Below, one piece after another: positions 1-12,770 of a DNA stretch of 64,000 nucleotides; within the stretch, counting starts at the first letter, position 1, and each line of letters starts with the position of its first letter. Under the pieces are notes generated by a model. That model saw nothing but the letters and a program-made list of their open reading frames with translations. It did not search any database and was not told where the DNA came from. This DNA is from Octopus sinensis (lineage: Eukaryota), in assembly GCF_006345805.1 (NCBI RefSeq), contig NC_043006.1:15872001-15936000 (forward strand), in the 5' to 3' direction. A program made the translations under genes and the position numbers.

Positions 1-217
1 TCGCGAGTTCGAATCTCAGACCGGGCAATGTGTGTGTTTATGAGCGAAACACCTAAGCTCCACGCGGCTCCGGCAGACGGTAATGGCGAACTTCTGCTGA
101 CTCTTTCGCCACAACTTTCTCTCATTCTTTCCTCCTGCATCTTGCAACTCACCTGCGACGGACCGGCGCCCCGTCCAGGTGCGGAACCTATACGCTAAGG
201 AAACCAGGCGTGGCTCG

Positions 218-264
218 AGAAGGAAGACAGCGGTTTCTAGTTATTTCCCTCTTCAGTTCCCTCT
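218..264 (-). ncRNA. Degenerate type I hammerhead motif
   Basis: Minus strand: AGAGGGAA / CTGAAGA / GGG-AAATAA-CTA / GAAA / CCGCTG / TC / TTCCTTCT. Stem II is broken and the palindrome has one mismatch. Confidence 0.35.
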
Positions 265-309
265 TTTCTATATCTGAAACCGTTTGACAATACTATTAAC
301 GGTCTGATG

Positions 310-543
310 GTGGAGGCGCAATGGCCCAGTGGTTAGGGCAGCGGACTCGCTGTTGTACCTTGTATTTCAAAGGGCCGGCCTTGTCACTCTCTGTGTCACG
401 CTGAATATCCCCGAGAACTACGTTAAGAGTACACGTGTCTGTGGAGTGCTCAGCCACTTACACGTTAATTTCACGAGCAGGCTGTTCCGTTGATCGGATC
501 AATCGGAACCCTCGTCGTCGTAACCGACGGAGTGCTTCCATCC
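310..543 (+). mobile_element. tRNA-derived SINE, family C, internally deleted
   Basis: Head GTGGAGGCGCAATGGCCCAGTGGTTAGG; 12-bp TSD AACGGTCTGATG at 298-309 and 544-555. Confidence 0.85.
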
Positions 544-1675
544 AACGGTCTGATGATTTATTTTAAAAACTTTGCTATTTCTCTGTTCAGCTTATTATTT
601 GCCCTCTTTGAACTCACTAATTTCTGCGCTTTCTTTAACTTACATTATGAAATATCATTTGAAAATTCTATTAATCTGCTCAGGATAAGAGAAAATTCAA
701 TATAGAATGCAGGAAACATTTTACTAATTATGAAATCTCAAAAATTTAGGGTGACTAAAATCATCTTAGGGCATTGTATGTATCTCAGCTACTGTGATTG
801 TTGCACATTTCCATTTCACTTCTATGTTGTCCTCTGGATTTTGTCAGTGTATTTCCATCACTTCAGTGATATTCAGTATGACTGGTCGAAAGAGAGCAAT
901 AATATTGTTGTGTGGACGCCCCCAGACGATGAAGTAGGCTAGCCCAATACGTAGATATAGAGGGAGAGGCCTAGACGTCAGAACACAGTAGAACAGAGGA
1001 GTAGAGGCATCCGAACGTGCGACATAACAAATATGATTCTTGAATTTTAAAAGTATCGAATATCGACACTATTCTGATTTTGGTCCCCATGGCTTATGAG
1101 AGGATTTCTGTTTATTTGATATTTATTTGTCCATTCCGATTTTCAGTAATAGATCCGTAGCTCACAGAACCGTGTATGTATGTATGTATGTATGTATGTA
1201 TGTATGTATGTATGTAGTATGTATGTATGTATGTATGTATGTATGTATGTATGTAGTATATATATATATATATATAGATGTATAGCACCCACAAACACAT
1301 ACTTACATTGAAAATGATTTTATCACTTACAAATATCAACTAAGTCCGGCAAAAGCCTCACATACATTATTTGATTCACGTAATGTTTATCAAATGTAGC
1401 CTTCGGCGACAAAGATACGTTGTGCTAGATTTTGGTCACAGAGAATGTGTCTCGACTCAATGTCTTTAATAACTTCGTTTTGTTTTAAATAATTTTAGGC
1501 TATTTTACCAAACCTGGAAAAGTTATTTCTTGCCAGAGAGGACAAAAGGTAATGACTTTATCTTGTAAAGTTTTAACGAAAAGATTCAAGCGAAACATGT
1601 GTAACCAAGAATCGAGTTCAATCTTGCCACTTCAGAATAGACAACACGTTCCACATTTATCGCGTAATAGTATTA

Positions 1676-1930
1676 TTACTTGTGAAAGGTAAGAGAGTCC
1701 AGTTTGCTGGACATTGTTGTAGAGCTGAAAAAGAGGTAATTTCTACTCTTCTCCTCTGGAAGCCATCTACCCGCAATACCAGAGGGCGCACACTCTCCTA
1801 CCCTGATGTAATCTCCAGGGATACAGGCATCCAGCAACAGGACCTCCGTAATGCCATGATGGACCATGAAGTCTGGCGTAGCATGGGAAATTCCATTGTC
1901 TCGACCACGGTCGAACAATGATGATGATTA
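1676..1930 (+). mobile_element. RTE-clade LINE 3' end
   Basis: KRVQFAGHCCR...STLLLWKP...GRTLSYPDVISRDTG...AMMDHEVWR, followed by a (TGA)n tail. Confidence 0.85.
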
Positions 1931-1937
1931 TTACTGC

Positions 1938-2283
1938 AAACGGGACAAGATGCGTACCCGCTTTTCATCGGCCTGTTCGTTTTGAGTTCAAATTCTGTGG
2001 CGGTCGACTTTCTTTTCATCCTTTCGAGGTTGATAAATTACGTATCAGTTGAACACTGAGGTCGAGGCTATCGACAAAACCCTTCCCCAGGAGTTGTTGG
2101 CCTTCCGACAAAATTTAAAACCAATATCATGTTTTACTCCGCCACGGTCAACTTTGCCTTTCATCCTTTCGGGGTCGATTAAATAAGTACTGGGCTCGAT
2201 GTAATCCACTTAATCCCTTTGTCTGTCCTTGTTTGTCCCCTATATATTTAGCCCCCTGTGGGAAATAAAGAAACAAATATCAT
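1938..2283 (+). mobile_element. tRNA-derived SINE, family B, composite of two partial copies
   Basis: GAGTTCAAATTC B-box, CTTTCATCCTTTCGGGGTCGAT core, GCCCCCTGTGGGAAATAAAGAAA tail. Confidence 0.75.
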
Positions 2284-2292
2284 GTTTTGCTA

Positions 2293-2381
<89 letters not shown>

Positions 2382-2645
2382 TATCTTTCTTTCTTCCTTT
2401 GTGTCTGCCTTCTTTTATTTATCTTTTCCCACTCTCTTTTTTTTTCTTTTTTGCTTATATATTTTTTTTACTCCCTTATTTATATTTTTCGCCTCATTGC
2501 ACTTTTCTTTTTCCTTTTACTATTTCGTTATCACGCTAAATAACGGATCTGGAGCTTTCGGCCAAGGCGTGTGTGTAGGTATATATATATATATACATAT
2601 ATGTATATATATATATATATACATACATATATGTATACATATGCT

Positions 2646-3067
<422 letters not shown>

Positions 3068-3077
3068 TGTGTGCTTT

Positions 3078-3124
<47 letters not shown>

Positions 3125-3129
3125 CTGGT

Positions 3130-3229
3130 NNNNNNNNNNNNNNNNNNNNNNNNNNNNNNNNNNNNNNNNNNNNNNNNNNNNNNNNNNNNNNNNNNNNNNN
3201 NNNNNNNNNNNNNNNNNNNNNNNNNNNNN
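3130..3229. other. Assembly gap (100 N)
   Basis: Exactly 100 N, a nominal scaffold gap of unknown true size. Confidence 1.
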
Positions 3230-3751
3230 ATTTATCAACGTATAACAAGAATTATATGTTTATAAAGTGAAGTAAAAGAAAATTCATAAAACTACTTTGC
3301 AGAACATAAAGAAATCGCCGCGGTTTAATTGGAGTCTAACCAAGAAGAATGAGGCTTTGGCAATTTCTCGCTGTCTTCCTTGGAAGCAGCTTTGTCCTGT
3401 CAACACCTCAACATGAATCACCCGATAAAAAAGCGTCGGTAAGTAAACGAATTTTTTTTTTATTTTACAATCAAATTCTTTGTTATTGTTGTCATCTTTA
3501 TCTTTTTCCCCCCACTTCTGATTCCTAAGTATTAACGATTTCTGCTATGCGCATATATATAATATATGTACATATATATATATGTATATATATAGATATA
3601 CATACATATATATGTATATATATATAGACCTATACATAATATATATGTATATATATAGATATATAGAGATAACATATATATATATGATAATATATAGATA
3701 TAATATCTATATAGGTATAACATATATTCTAAACACATTGTATATATACTA

Positions 3752-3812
<61 letters not shown>

Positions 3813-4334
3813 CATAAATATACATATATATATATACATGCATTTACATACATCATTGCACACATATATATATATATATATATGAATATTTACATATATA
3901 TGTATGTGTATGTATGTCTTATGTATATATATATGCATACATACACACGCACACACACATATAAGAACACATATGTGAGTGTGAATGTATATTTGAAAGT
4001 ATATATGTATACATATGTATGGGAAATTCAGTTTCTGCCGCTGCAAAGTAAAAGTTGTTAAAGTATACACGCATACATTGTTATGCATGTTTTGCATATG
4101 TGTATATACGTATATATGTAAATATATACTATATATTTATATATTTGTATGTAAACATATCTATTCATTAATATATGGTTAACCCACGGCTGGGACCCTG
4201 ACAGCGGTGGTGCCCCAGCATGGCCGCGGCCTTCGGGCTAAAACATTTTAAAGGATTTTAAGGATATATATATATATACTCACATACTTGTATACATCTT
4301 CCTCTCTCTTTTCTCTCTCTCCTCCTCTCCTCTC

Positions 4335-4389
<55 letters not shown>

Positions 4390-4999
4390 TACATACATAC
4401 ATACAGACAGACAGATAGAAAGTCAGTAATAGTATATTACAATATAATATGGTAGAGACTATATTAATAATTTATATGTGATTTTCAATTTTTTAAATTG
4501 TTTTTGTCATTTATTAGCCATATGTTAAGTTTATCTTCTTCAAGTCATTCGTTATTGTGGTTGGAGTGAATTCAATAAAATTCTTTTTTTCCTTTCATGA
4601 TAATAAACTTAGCGATGTTTACTCTTTGTTCTAGCTGTTGTTTCTCTTCTTTAACCTGTGCTGCTGGTTACATATACTATCAAAGTTATGTCAGTCGCGA
4701 CTATACATTTTTTATAGGAGTTTATGTTGAAACTACTTTCTTTTTGCAAATGACGGCTTTTTACTTTGGGGTAAAGATGTGATTTGAGGTATTGAACTGC
4801 TGCTTCTAGCAGAGAGGCGTTACAGTAATCAGCGAGGCGTGGCTATTGCTAGCTAAAATGTTATGCTGCGAATAGAATATAGTGTATCCTCGTGTCATAA
4901 TTCGTGCGAATTTGCTTTTGTGGCATGATTGCAATATGAATTCGTGTCTATTGTTTTGTACGTGGGAATTCCTTCATCAAGATTAAATTTTTATAGCTT

Positions 5000-5340
5000 A
5001 TAGCTAAACAGTATTGAAATCAATTGGCCAATTCATATAAGGCGTGGTTCACTCAGTGACTGTTATTGAATAATTGTCTTTTACATATGGCCTTTTATAG
5101 TCCACAAATTTATCTTAACTCAGCCGTTGTTTTACTCATTTGTACACAAGTGAAAGTGGGTTTAATGTTAAGGAAACGTCGTTCGAAACTACCCTCATTC
5201 ATTCCGATATAATTCAGTTTTTAGCACCCTTTCAACTTGAATTGCGTTCTCGATTGCTTTACTTAAGCATTTCCCATTAAGCAAACAGCTGTCGTTCGTT
5301 TTGTCATTTACATTCAAATATCTGGAGTTTGCATTTCATA
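5000..5340 (-). mobile_element. Penelope-like element, decayed GIY-YIG endonuclease fragment
   Basis: SCLLNGKCLSKAI and, in another frame, LNYIGMNEGSFERRFLNIK (YIG motif). Confidence 0.6.
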
Positions 5341-6443
5341 AGATTACTAATATTCTTGTATGATTGAGTTAAGTTGAAAGCATTTTTAGTAACTAAATAG
5401 CTGGTTAGAAAATGCAACAAAAATACTTAACTGTTTTGACTACGACGAGTTCAAATGACTGCTGGTCAAACGAGATCTTCAGTTTAGTGTTTTCATCAAA
5501 ACCATATTTTTATAAGGTTTAATTATAATAGCTTTTATAACAACTGCTGTCTGAGGATATAATTAGTTGTCATCCAGTTTGTTTAATTAATTAAAGATTT
5601 TTTGCTATACTGAGTTGTTGGATCAAGTCCATGTTGGATACGTAGTTTATCGTTCGATTTTTTTACAGTTAGTGTTTTCTCAGTGTTTTCTTATATACTT
5701 AGATCTTTTGTATCATGAAAATTTGTTTTATTTGGAAGCTACAACTCTTAAAATAACCATGTGTCTAATGTGAAGCAACATACAACAACATCATCTCTGT
5801 AGAATCCTAAAATCTTGTGTATTGAATGAAGTCCATCTTGTTTCCAGCATACAAGAGTCTCGCTGGATCAGACCCTTTAGTTGTAACAGCCTTTGTGGAA
5901 ATCGTATACTTCATTGTCCTTAGCCTTATGTAGTATTATTGTAGACGATTAGACACTTTTTTGTTGGTGGATACTAATTGTACTCATTCCTTCCAGATTT
6001 TCAAACAGTGGAATAAAGTGAAGATTGCCTGCTATTTTATTTTCATATTTCTAAACTGGCTAAATTTCGTGCTACTAGAAAAAGGAAAAAAAATAACTGC
6101 AAAGAAATTATTCCTATTCTAGCATTTTTGCAGTTATTGATTGACCAAGTGTTCGAGTGTACCACGTGGTATGGAAATTGAGCAAATTGATGCCAATTTT
6201 AGAAAACATTAGGCTACGGAATATCCAAACACTATATTAAAAACAAAGGAATCATATCAAAATGCTGCTTGAGAACGTAGCAGTAAAATGAAATTCCATG
6301 GATCCACTGGAAGTATTTAATATGCTAATCTGAACTACCAAACGCTATCATGATGAACATATCTATCGAGTTTTAAAACTGTCTTTACTGAAATGGCATA
6401 AGGAGAATGTTATTCATCAGGTTCATTAAAAATTTGGGCAATA

Positions 6444-6862
6444 GGCGCAGGAGTGGCTGTGTGGTAAGTAGCTTGCTAACCAACCACATGGTTCCGGGTT
6501 CAGTCCCACTGCGTGGCAACTTGGGCAAGTGTCTTCTGCTATAGCCCCGGGCCGACCAATGCCTTGTGAGTGGATTTGGTAGACGGAAACTGAAAGAAGC
6601 CTGTCGTATATATGTGTATATATATATGTGTGTGTGTGTATATGTTTGTGTGTTTGTGTTTGTCCCTCTAGCATTGCTTGACAACCGATGCTGGTGTGTT
6701 AACGTCCCCGTCACTTCGCGGTTCGGCAAAAGAGACCGATAGAATAAGTACTGGGCTTACAAAGAATAAGTCCCGGGGTCGATTTGCTCGACTAAAGGCG
6801 GTGCTCCAGCATGGCCGCAGTCAGATGAGTGAAACAAGTAAAAGAGTAAAAGAGTAAAGAGA
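6444..6862 (+). mobile_element. tRNA-derived SINE, family A, full length
   Basis: GGCGCAGGAGTGGCTGTGTGGTAAG head, GGGTTCAGTCCC B-box, central (TA/TG)n, (GAGTAAAA)n tail; more than ten copies in the window. Confidence 0.9.
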
Positions 6863-7463
6863 GAATATCAATAAATAGCAATACTGGACATTATGATGTG
6901 TGTGTGTGAGTGTGTGTGTGGATGGATAGATGGATGGATGGATGGATGGATGGGTGGATAGATGGATGGATGGGTATATTCATATGCACATGTATTTATA
7001 TATGCATATGCATATACACAGACTCGTATTGTTTTTCAGAAATAAACCTGAACAGGATTATATTTAAGTTTGTAAGAAATTAGGGGTTGGTTATAATGAA
7101 TACTCTAGGTAATATCCAATTATAAATATTTTACTTTTACATCATACTTTTCGATAAGAATTTTACATTTTCTTCCGGCATTTACAACTAAATATTTAGA
7201 TCGTTATGATTGGGATTGTGGGGTTATCTCGGATCCAGACGTTGTGGTTATACGCCTGGTTAGTCAAGTTGCTACAAAGGAGTTATCACAGAAGTTTTAA
7301 ATGTTGAATTAAAGCGAGCATCATTTGGTCTGATTTCACGGATCGTTTATGGAAAGGATTTCAAACACTTGATAACGTTGAAGATTCAGCTCCTTGACAA
7401 TCGATAGGGTTTCTCCAATCATTCAACGATTCTTCTGTCGTATAATAAATTAACTGCTTAATT

Positions 7464-7852
7464 GTGGAGGCGCAATGGCCCAGTGGTTAGGGCAGCGGAC
7501 ACGCGGTCGTAGGATCGCGGTTTCATTTCCCAGACCGGGCATTGTGAGTGTTTATTGAGCGAAAACACCTAAAGCTCCACGAGGCTCCTGCAGGAGGTGG
7601 TGGTGAACCCTGCTGTACTCTTTCACCACAACTTCAGCTTTCTCTCACTCTTTCTTCCTGTTTCTGTTGTACCTGTATTTCAAAGGGCCAGCCTTGTCAC
7701 ACTCTGTGTCACGCTGAATCTCCTCGAGAACTACGTTAAGGGTACACGTGTCTGTGGAGTGCTCAGCCACTTGCACGTTAATTCCACGAGCAAGCTGTTC
7801 CGTTTATCGTATCAGCTGGGACCCTCATCGTCGTAACCGACGGAGTGCTCCC
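7464..7852 (+). mobile_element. tRNA-derived SINE, family C, full length
   Basis: A/B-box-like head; 13-bp TSD TAACTGCTTAATT at 7451-7463 and 7853-7865. Confidence 0.9.
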
Positions 7853-8132
7853 TAACTGCTTAATTCTTCCATTCTAGCTTCGTATAACTAAAGATTCTTT
7901 TGAACAAAAGAGGTGGGTAGGTGTAGATAATTGCAGGGAATATTTCAATACTTGTTTGTCACGCTCGTTATGTAAATGTTAGAAGTACCCACATTGTATG
8001 GGAAATACAGTGCCCTTCAGTTAATCAGTTCATAGGCAACACTGAACTTGTAAGCAATATCAGGATCTTCTCAACTAACGAAGCACCAGTCTGCAGGGTT
8101 TCCTCTATTGTAACACATGATAATTATTTACT

Positions 8133-8172
<40 letters not shown>

Positions 8173-8285
8173 TACATACATACATAATACATACATACAT
8201 ACATACATACATACATACATACATACATACACATGCGTGCACACACACACACACATATATTATGCATGTGTGTTCGTTTGTATAA

Positions 8286-8382
8286 GCGCAGAGTGGCTGT
8301 GTGATAAGTAACTTGCTTACCAACCATATGATTCCGGGTCCAGTCCCATTGCGTACTGGACGGAAACTGAAAGAAGCCCGAC

Positions 8383-8453
<71 letters not shown>

Positions 8454-8680
8454 TATATATAATATATATATATATATATGTATATCTGTATGTGTGTGTA
8501 TATGTTTGTGTGTCACTGTTTAACCTCCCAATATCGCTTTTTGACAACCGGTGCTGGTGTGTTTACATCCCCGCAACTGGGCTTACAAAGAATAAGTACT
8601 GGGGTCAATTTGCTCGACTAAAGGCGGTGCTCCAGCATGGTCGCAGTCAATTGATTAAAGCAAATAAAAGAATAAAAGAA
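8286..8680 (+). mobile_element. SINE family A with internal deletions
   Basis: Colinear with 6444-6862. Confidence 0.8.
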
Positions 8681-9379
8681 TATGTATATCGATTTTTGGG
8701 GATAAACCCTTCAAGGTGGGTCCCCCATGATGGTTGCAATCAAGAACAACGAGTCAACTCGTGACTAAGTATGATTGCTTATCAGAATCAAGAGTCCATG
8801 AAATTCAACTGCGTGAATTTGTTTTGAATGGGTGGTGTTTCACAGTACTGGACCCCACTTTCAACAGCCAAATCAGCTGTAGCGTCAGTGGTCCAACCGT
8901 GATTCAGACGCCTAGATACCAACTGCTCTTAAGGTTTTTCTCTTTTAAATAGGAGTTTACTTTTTTCCTAGAAGTATTTTCTAAAATAACTAAGGGGTCA
9001 TTATTCCCAGTAGACAATATATTGGTTAACCCATGGCTGGGACCCTGACAAATGTTGCTCCTTCGGTCAAAGGAAACCTAACAAGAAACAGTGGCTAAGA
9101 TGTGATTCTACACCCCTCAAACCTTTGGAACTCCCGGTCCGGATGCAGTTACATACATTCATTCATACATACATACATACATACATACATACATACATAC
9201 ATACATACGTACATACGTACTTACGTATACATATATTTATATATACATATGTATATATATATTTATACACATACACACACAGACATTATATATATATATA
9301 CATATACACACACACACACATATACATATAGATATATATGTACACACACGCACATACATTTTTATTTTTATTAATATTT

Positions 9380-9685
9380 AACAGAAGTAACAGAGTGATG
9401 CAAGGTCCGAAAGTTTCGTGCGTTGGCACATATATTCTGAGTTGTATATATAAATATATACAGAAACTGACCACACAAAATTCAAGAAGTATTTGGACAA
9501 ATTCCTTCAAACAGTTCCGGACAAACCACCCACACCCGGATATGTCTCCTCAAACAATAACTCTCTGCTCGAATGGGCCTTGGTGCCCAAATCCTGAATC
9601 GAAAGACTTCGCCAGGTGGTGGTATTAAGTTAGACATGGTCTGGGCCAATACTGGCCAAAACCTTTCTAAGTTATTCTAAGTTAT
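9380..9685 (+). mobile_element. CR1/L2-group LINE 3' end
   Basis: Reads FKKYLDKFLQTVPDKPPTPGYVSSNNNSLLEW, then a 3' UTR ending in a short CTAAGTTA tandem tail. Confidence 0.65.
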
Positions 9686-9708
9686 GTATTTATAAATATA
9701 TATATATG

Positions 9709-9758
<50 letters not shown>

Positions 9759-9797
9759 TATATATACATATAGATATATATATATATATATATATAC

Positions 9798-9861
<64 letters not shown>

Positions 9862-9884
9862 CTATATATATATATATATATATC

Positions 9885-9920
<36 letters not shown>

Positions 9921-10567
9921 ATATAATATATATATATTATATATATATATATATTAGTTCTCATATTTTAAAGCACTAGGCGAAAGCGGTGGCGTAAACG
10001 GATTAACTTTTGATATATTTATTTAATTCCCCCTTTCGATGTTCAGTATTTCAGTTGAAGCATAAACGGAAGAATTTTGTTTTTATAAAAATTTTTTATT
10101 TTTGTATTTGTTTGCATGATTCGTTATAGGAAGCCGTGTGCTCAAACTTATCTCGTAGTAAACTTGGGTGGGTTATAATGCACAATAAGAAGCACATGCA
10201 CTGATTCCATTTCACTTCTTTTATTATTATTAGGCAGCTAATATAACAAACTAACTAATCGGTTGGCTGTTCACTCGGTCAATCTGCCAATTAGCTAAGT
10301 TTCTCTGAGTTCTTTCGTTGTTAATCGTGACCTCATGAAGGTCATGCCTTTACTACTTCCTTTTATGTCCTGAATTTTATTTGCACTCTGTTCATCTTTG
10401 CCTCTCAAACCTCTGGACTCGAAACAGTGAATTGTCGCACCGTGGTGCAGAGATAAATAGAGAAATATCGTATCTTGAACGAAAGACACCCTTTCTGTTA
10501 TACATATGTGTAATAAATTATAGTTTTATTTCAAATGTGTAAGTAAACTATTTAACAAATAAGTAAT

Positions 10568-10770
10568 ATAGGGAGAGTTTACGAAAAAAACAACAAAAGT
10601 CGAAGACAGGTGGTGTACAAAACAAACAGATGTATTAGTATAACGCTCAGGAATAGAAAATGTCTTTTACGTTTCGAGCCTACGCTCTTCTACAGAAAGG
10701 AACACAGAAAAAAAACAAGGAGATAAACAAGAAGGGAAAAAAATGTGTGTAGTGGTTTTACGACCTCATC
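10568..10770 (-). mobile_element. Penelope-like terminal-repeat fragment, copy 1
   Basis: Shares about 150 nt with 18500-18665 and 34345-34452, and carries the hammerhead-like motif. Confidence 0.6.
10664..10699 (-). ncRNA. Minimal Penelope-type hammerhead-like motif (core CUGUAGA)
   Basis: Minus strand: CTTT / CTGTAGA-A / GAGC-GTAG-GCTC / GAAA / CG-TA / AAAG. The core deviates at position 6. Confidence 0.4.
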
Positions 10771-10900
10771 ATATGCGCTTCGACCTTGCTGCAGTCCAAT
10801 AATAACGACCTTAGCATTTACAAGAATCTGATACTTCCTTATTGAAAACTTTTGGTTGAACCATTATTGATTCAAGAACTTAATGTTACACAGCATATAT

Positions 10901-11293
10901 ACTCTTTTACTTGTTTCAGTCACTTGACTGCGGCCATGCTGGAGCACCGCTTTTAGTCGAGCAAATCGACCCCGGTACTTATTCTTTGTAAGCCCAGTAC
11001 TTATTCTATCGGTCTCTTTTGCCGAACTGCTAAGTGACGGGGTCGTAAACACACCAGCATCGGTTGTCAAGCAATGCTAGGGGAACAAACACAGACACAC
11101 AAACACACACACATACATACATATAGATATATAAATATATACGACAGGCTCTTTTCAGTTTCCGTCAACCAAATCCACTCACAAGGCATTGGTCGGACCG
11201 GGGTTATAGCAGAAGACACTTTCCCAAGATGGGACTGAACCCAGAACCATGTGGTGGTAAACAAGCTACTTACCACACAGCCACTCCTGCGCG
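10901..11293 (-). mobile_element. SINE family A
   Basis: Reverse complement of 6444-6862. Confidence 0.85.
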
Positions 11294-11307
11294 TATATAT
11301 ATACATA

Positions 11308-11413
<106 letters not shown>

Positions 11414-11956
11414 TATACAGAGACATACATATTTTTCTTTTGGATTAGATCCCCTCTGGGTACATAAAGCTATAAATGATTGCATGCAATTTCCTTTCGA
11501 CAGAAATTGTTGAAGGCAGTCCATTGGGCTCGAATTCGCATCTCCTGCGTTCCACCATTGAAACAAAACATTCCTTTGAATTTCTCTATCATTCCTACAA
11601 GTGAGAATCGTATGTTGGATAAAGTTTCAAAATTGGATAGAAAAATTCAGAGCGCTTCAGTTTAATGCTACCTCATGTATCATGTATACATAAAATGCAA
11701 GTTCAAGTCCCATGATATTTTCCTATACTTTGACTTTAGTATCCAAATGTGTTTTTTGAGCCAATGTTTTTATGTTATTTACTAGTGTCTTCTTGTTCTT
11801 TGAAGTGCTCTATTCCAAATAGGATCTATTTCAAGTTCTCTCGAAAATGTATATATCTCATAACATCAGCAATATATATGTATGTATGTATATGTATATA
11901 TATATACGTATGTGTGTGTATTTGTATATATATATATATATACACGCACACACAAA

Positions 11957-12010
<54 letters not shown>

Positions 12011-12304
12011 TATACATATACATATATTTTAATTTTAAAACGTCTCTGAAGAGATTTTTGTCAAACAAAAACCACAGCAGTATGCCTTTCAAAGGTGCAT
12101 ATACGTATATTATGAAGCCGAGAGTGTAATATAAATATATGTATATATGTATGTATACATTAAATATACATATATGTATATTTATATTACAGTCTTTCTT
12201 TTTAATAATAAACATATAAGCACCTTTACAGGGCATACTGCTATGGCTTTTGTCTTAGAGAATGTTTCTTCAAAAGTATGTGTGTGCCTGTATGCGTGTA
12301 TACA

Positions 12305-12355
<51 letters not shown>

Positions 12356-12545
12356 TATATATATATATATTTAAGTAGTTGAATGAATTATCTTAGTATG
12401 GATAATTTGGGTAGCAAATTCACGTCAGAGAAACACGGTTGAAGCTACATGCCAAGGGCAGAGATTACGTGTTTTAGTGTGGAAATTTGTGTGTGTTTTT
12501 TAATACAAATAAATGAAAGAATGGAGTTGAACGACGAATTAACAA

Positions 12546-12648
12546 AATTCCTTTATTCTCGACATATGTTTCGAAGGCTGCATATTCCTAATTTCGAAGG
12601 AATAAGGGGTGCATTATGCCGCCTTCTCATCAGGAAAAACAAGGAACT
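12546..12648 (-). ncRNA. Type I hammerhead ribozyme with canonical core and enlarged stem II
   Basis: Minus strand: AGTTCCTT-GT-TTTTC / CTGATGA / GAAGG-[hairpin insert]-CCTTC / GAAA / CATATG / TC / GAGAA-TA-AAGGAATT. Predicted cleavage between 12561 and 12560. Confidence 0.75.
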
Positions 12649-12678
12649 TATGTCAGCATCAAGATGAACAAAAACTTT

Positions 12679-12732
12679 TAGATGACTGCCCACACGGAGC
12701 CCATATCTATGGGCTCCGTGTGGGCAGTCATC

Positions 12733-12734
<2 letters not shown>
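12679..12734. repeat. Perfect 27-bp inverted repeat with a 2-nt loop
   Basis: TAGATGACTGCCCACACGGAGCCCATA-TC-TATGGGCTCCGTGTGGGCAGTCATCTA. Confidence 0.95.

Positions 12735-12770
<36 letters not shown>

Noticed and set aside
7464-7540. tRNA-like sequences at SINE heads
   Set aside because: No complete cloverleaf, and they are embedded in SINE bodies with TSDs; not called as tRNA genes.
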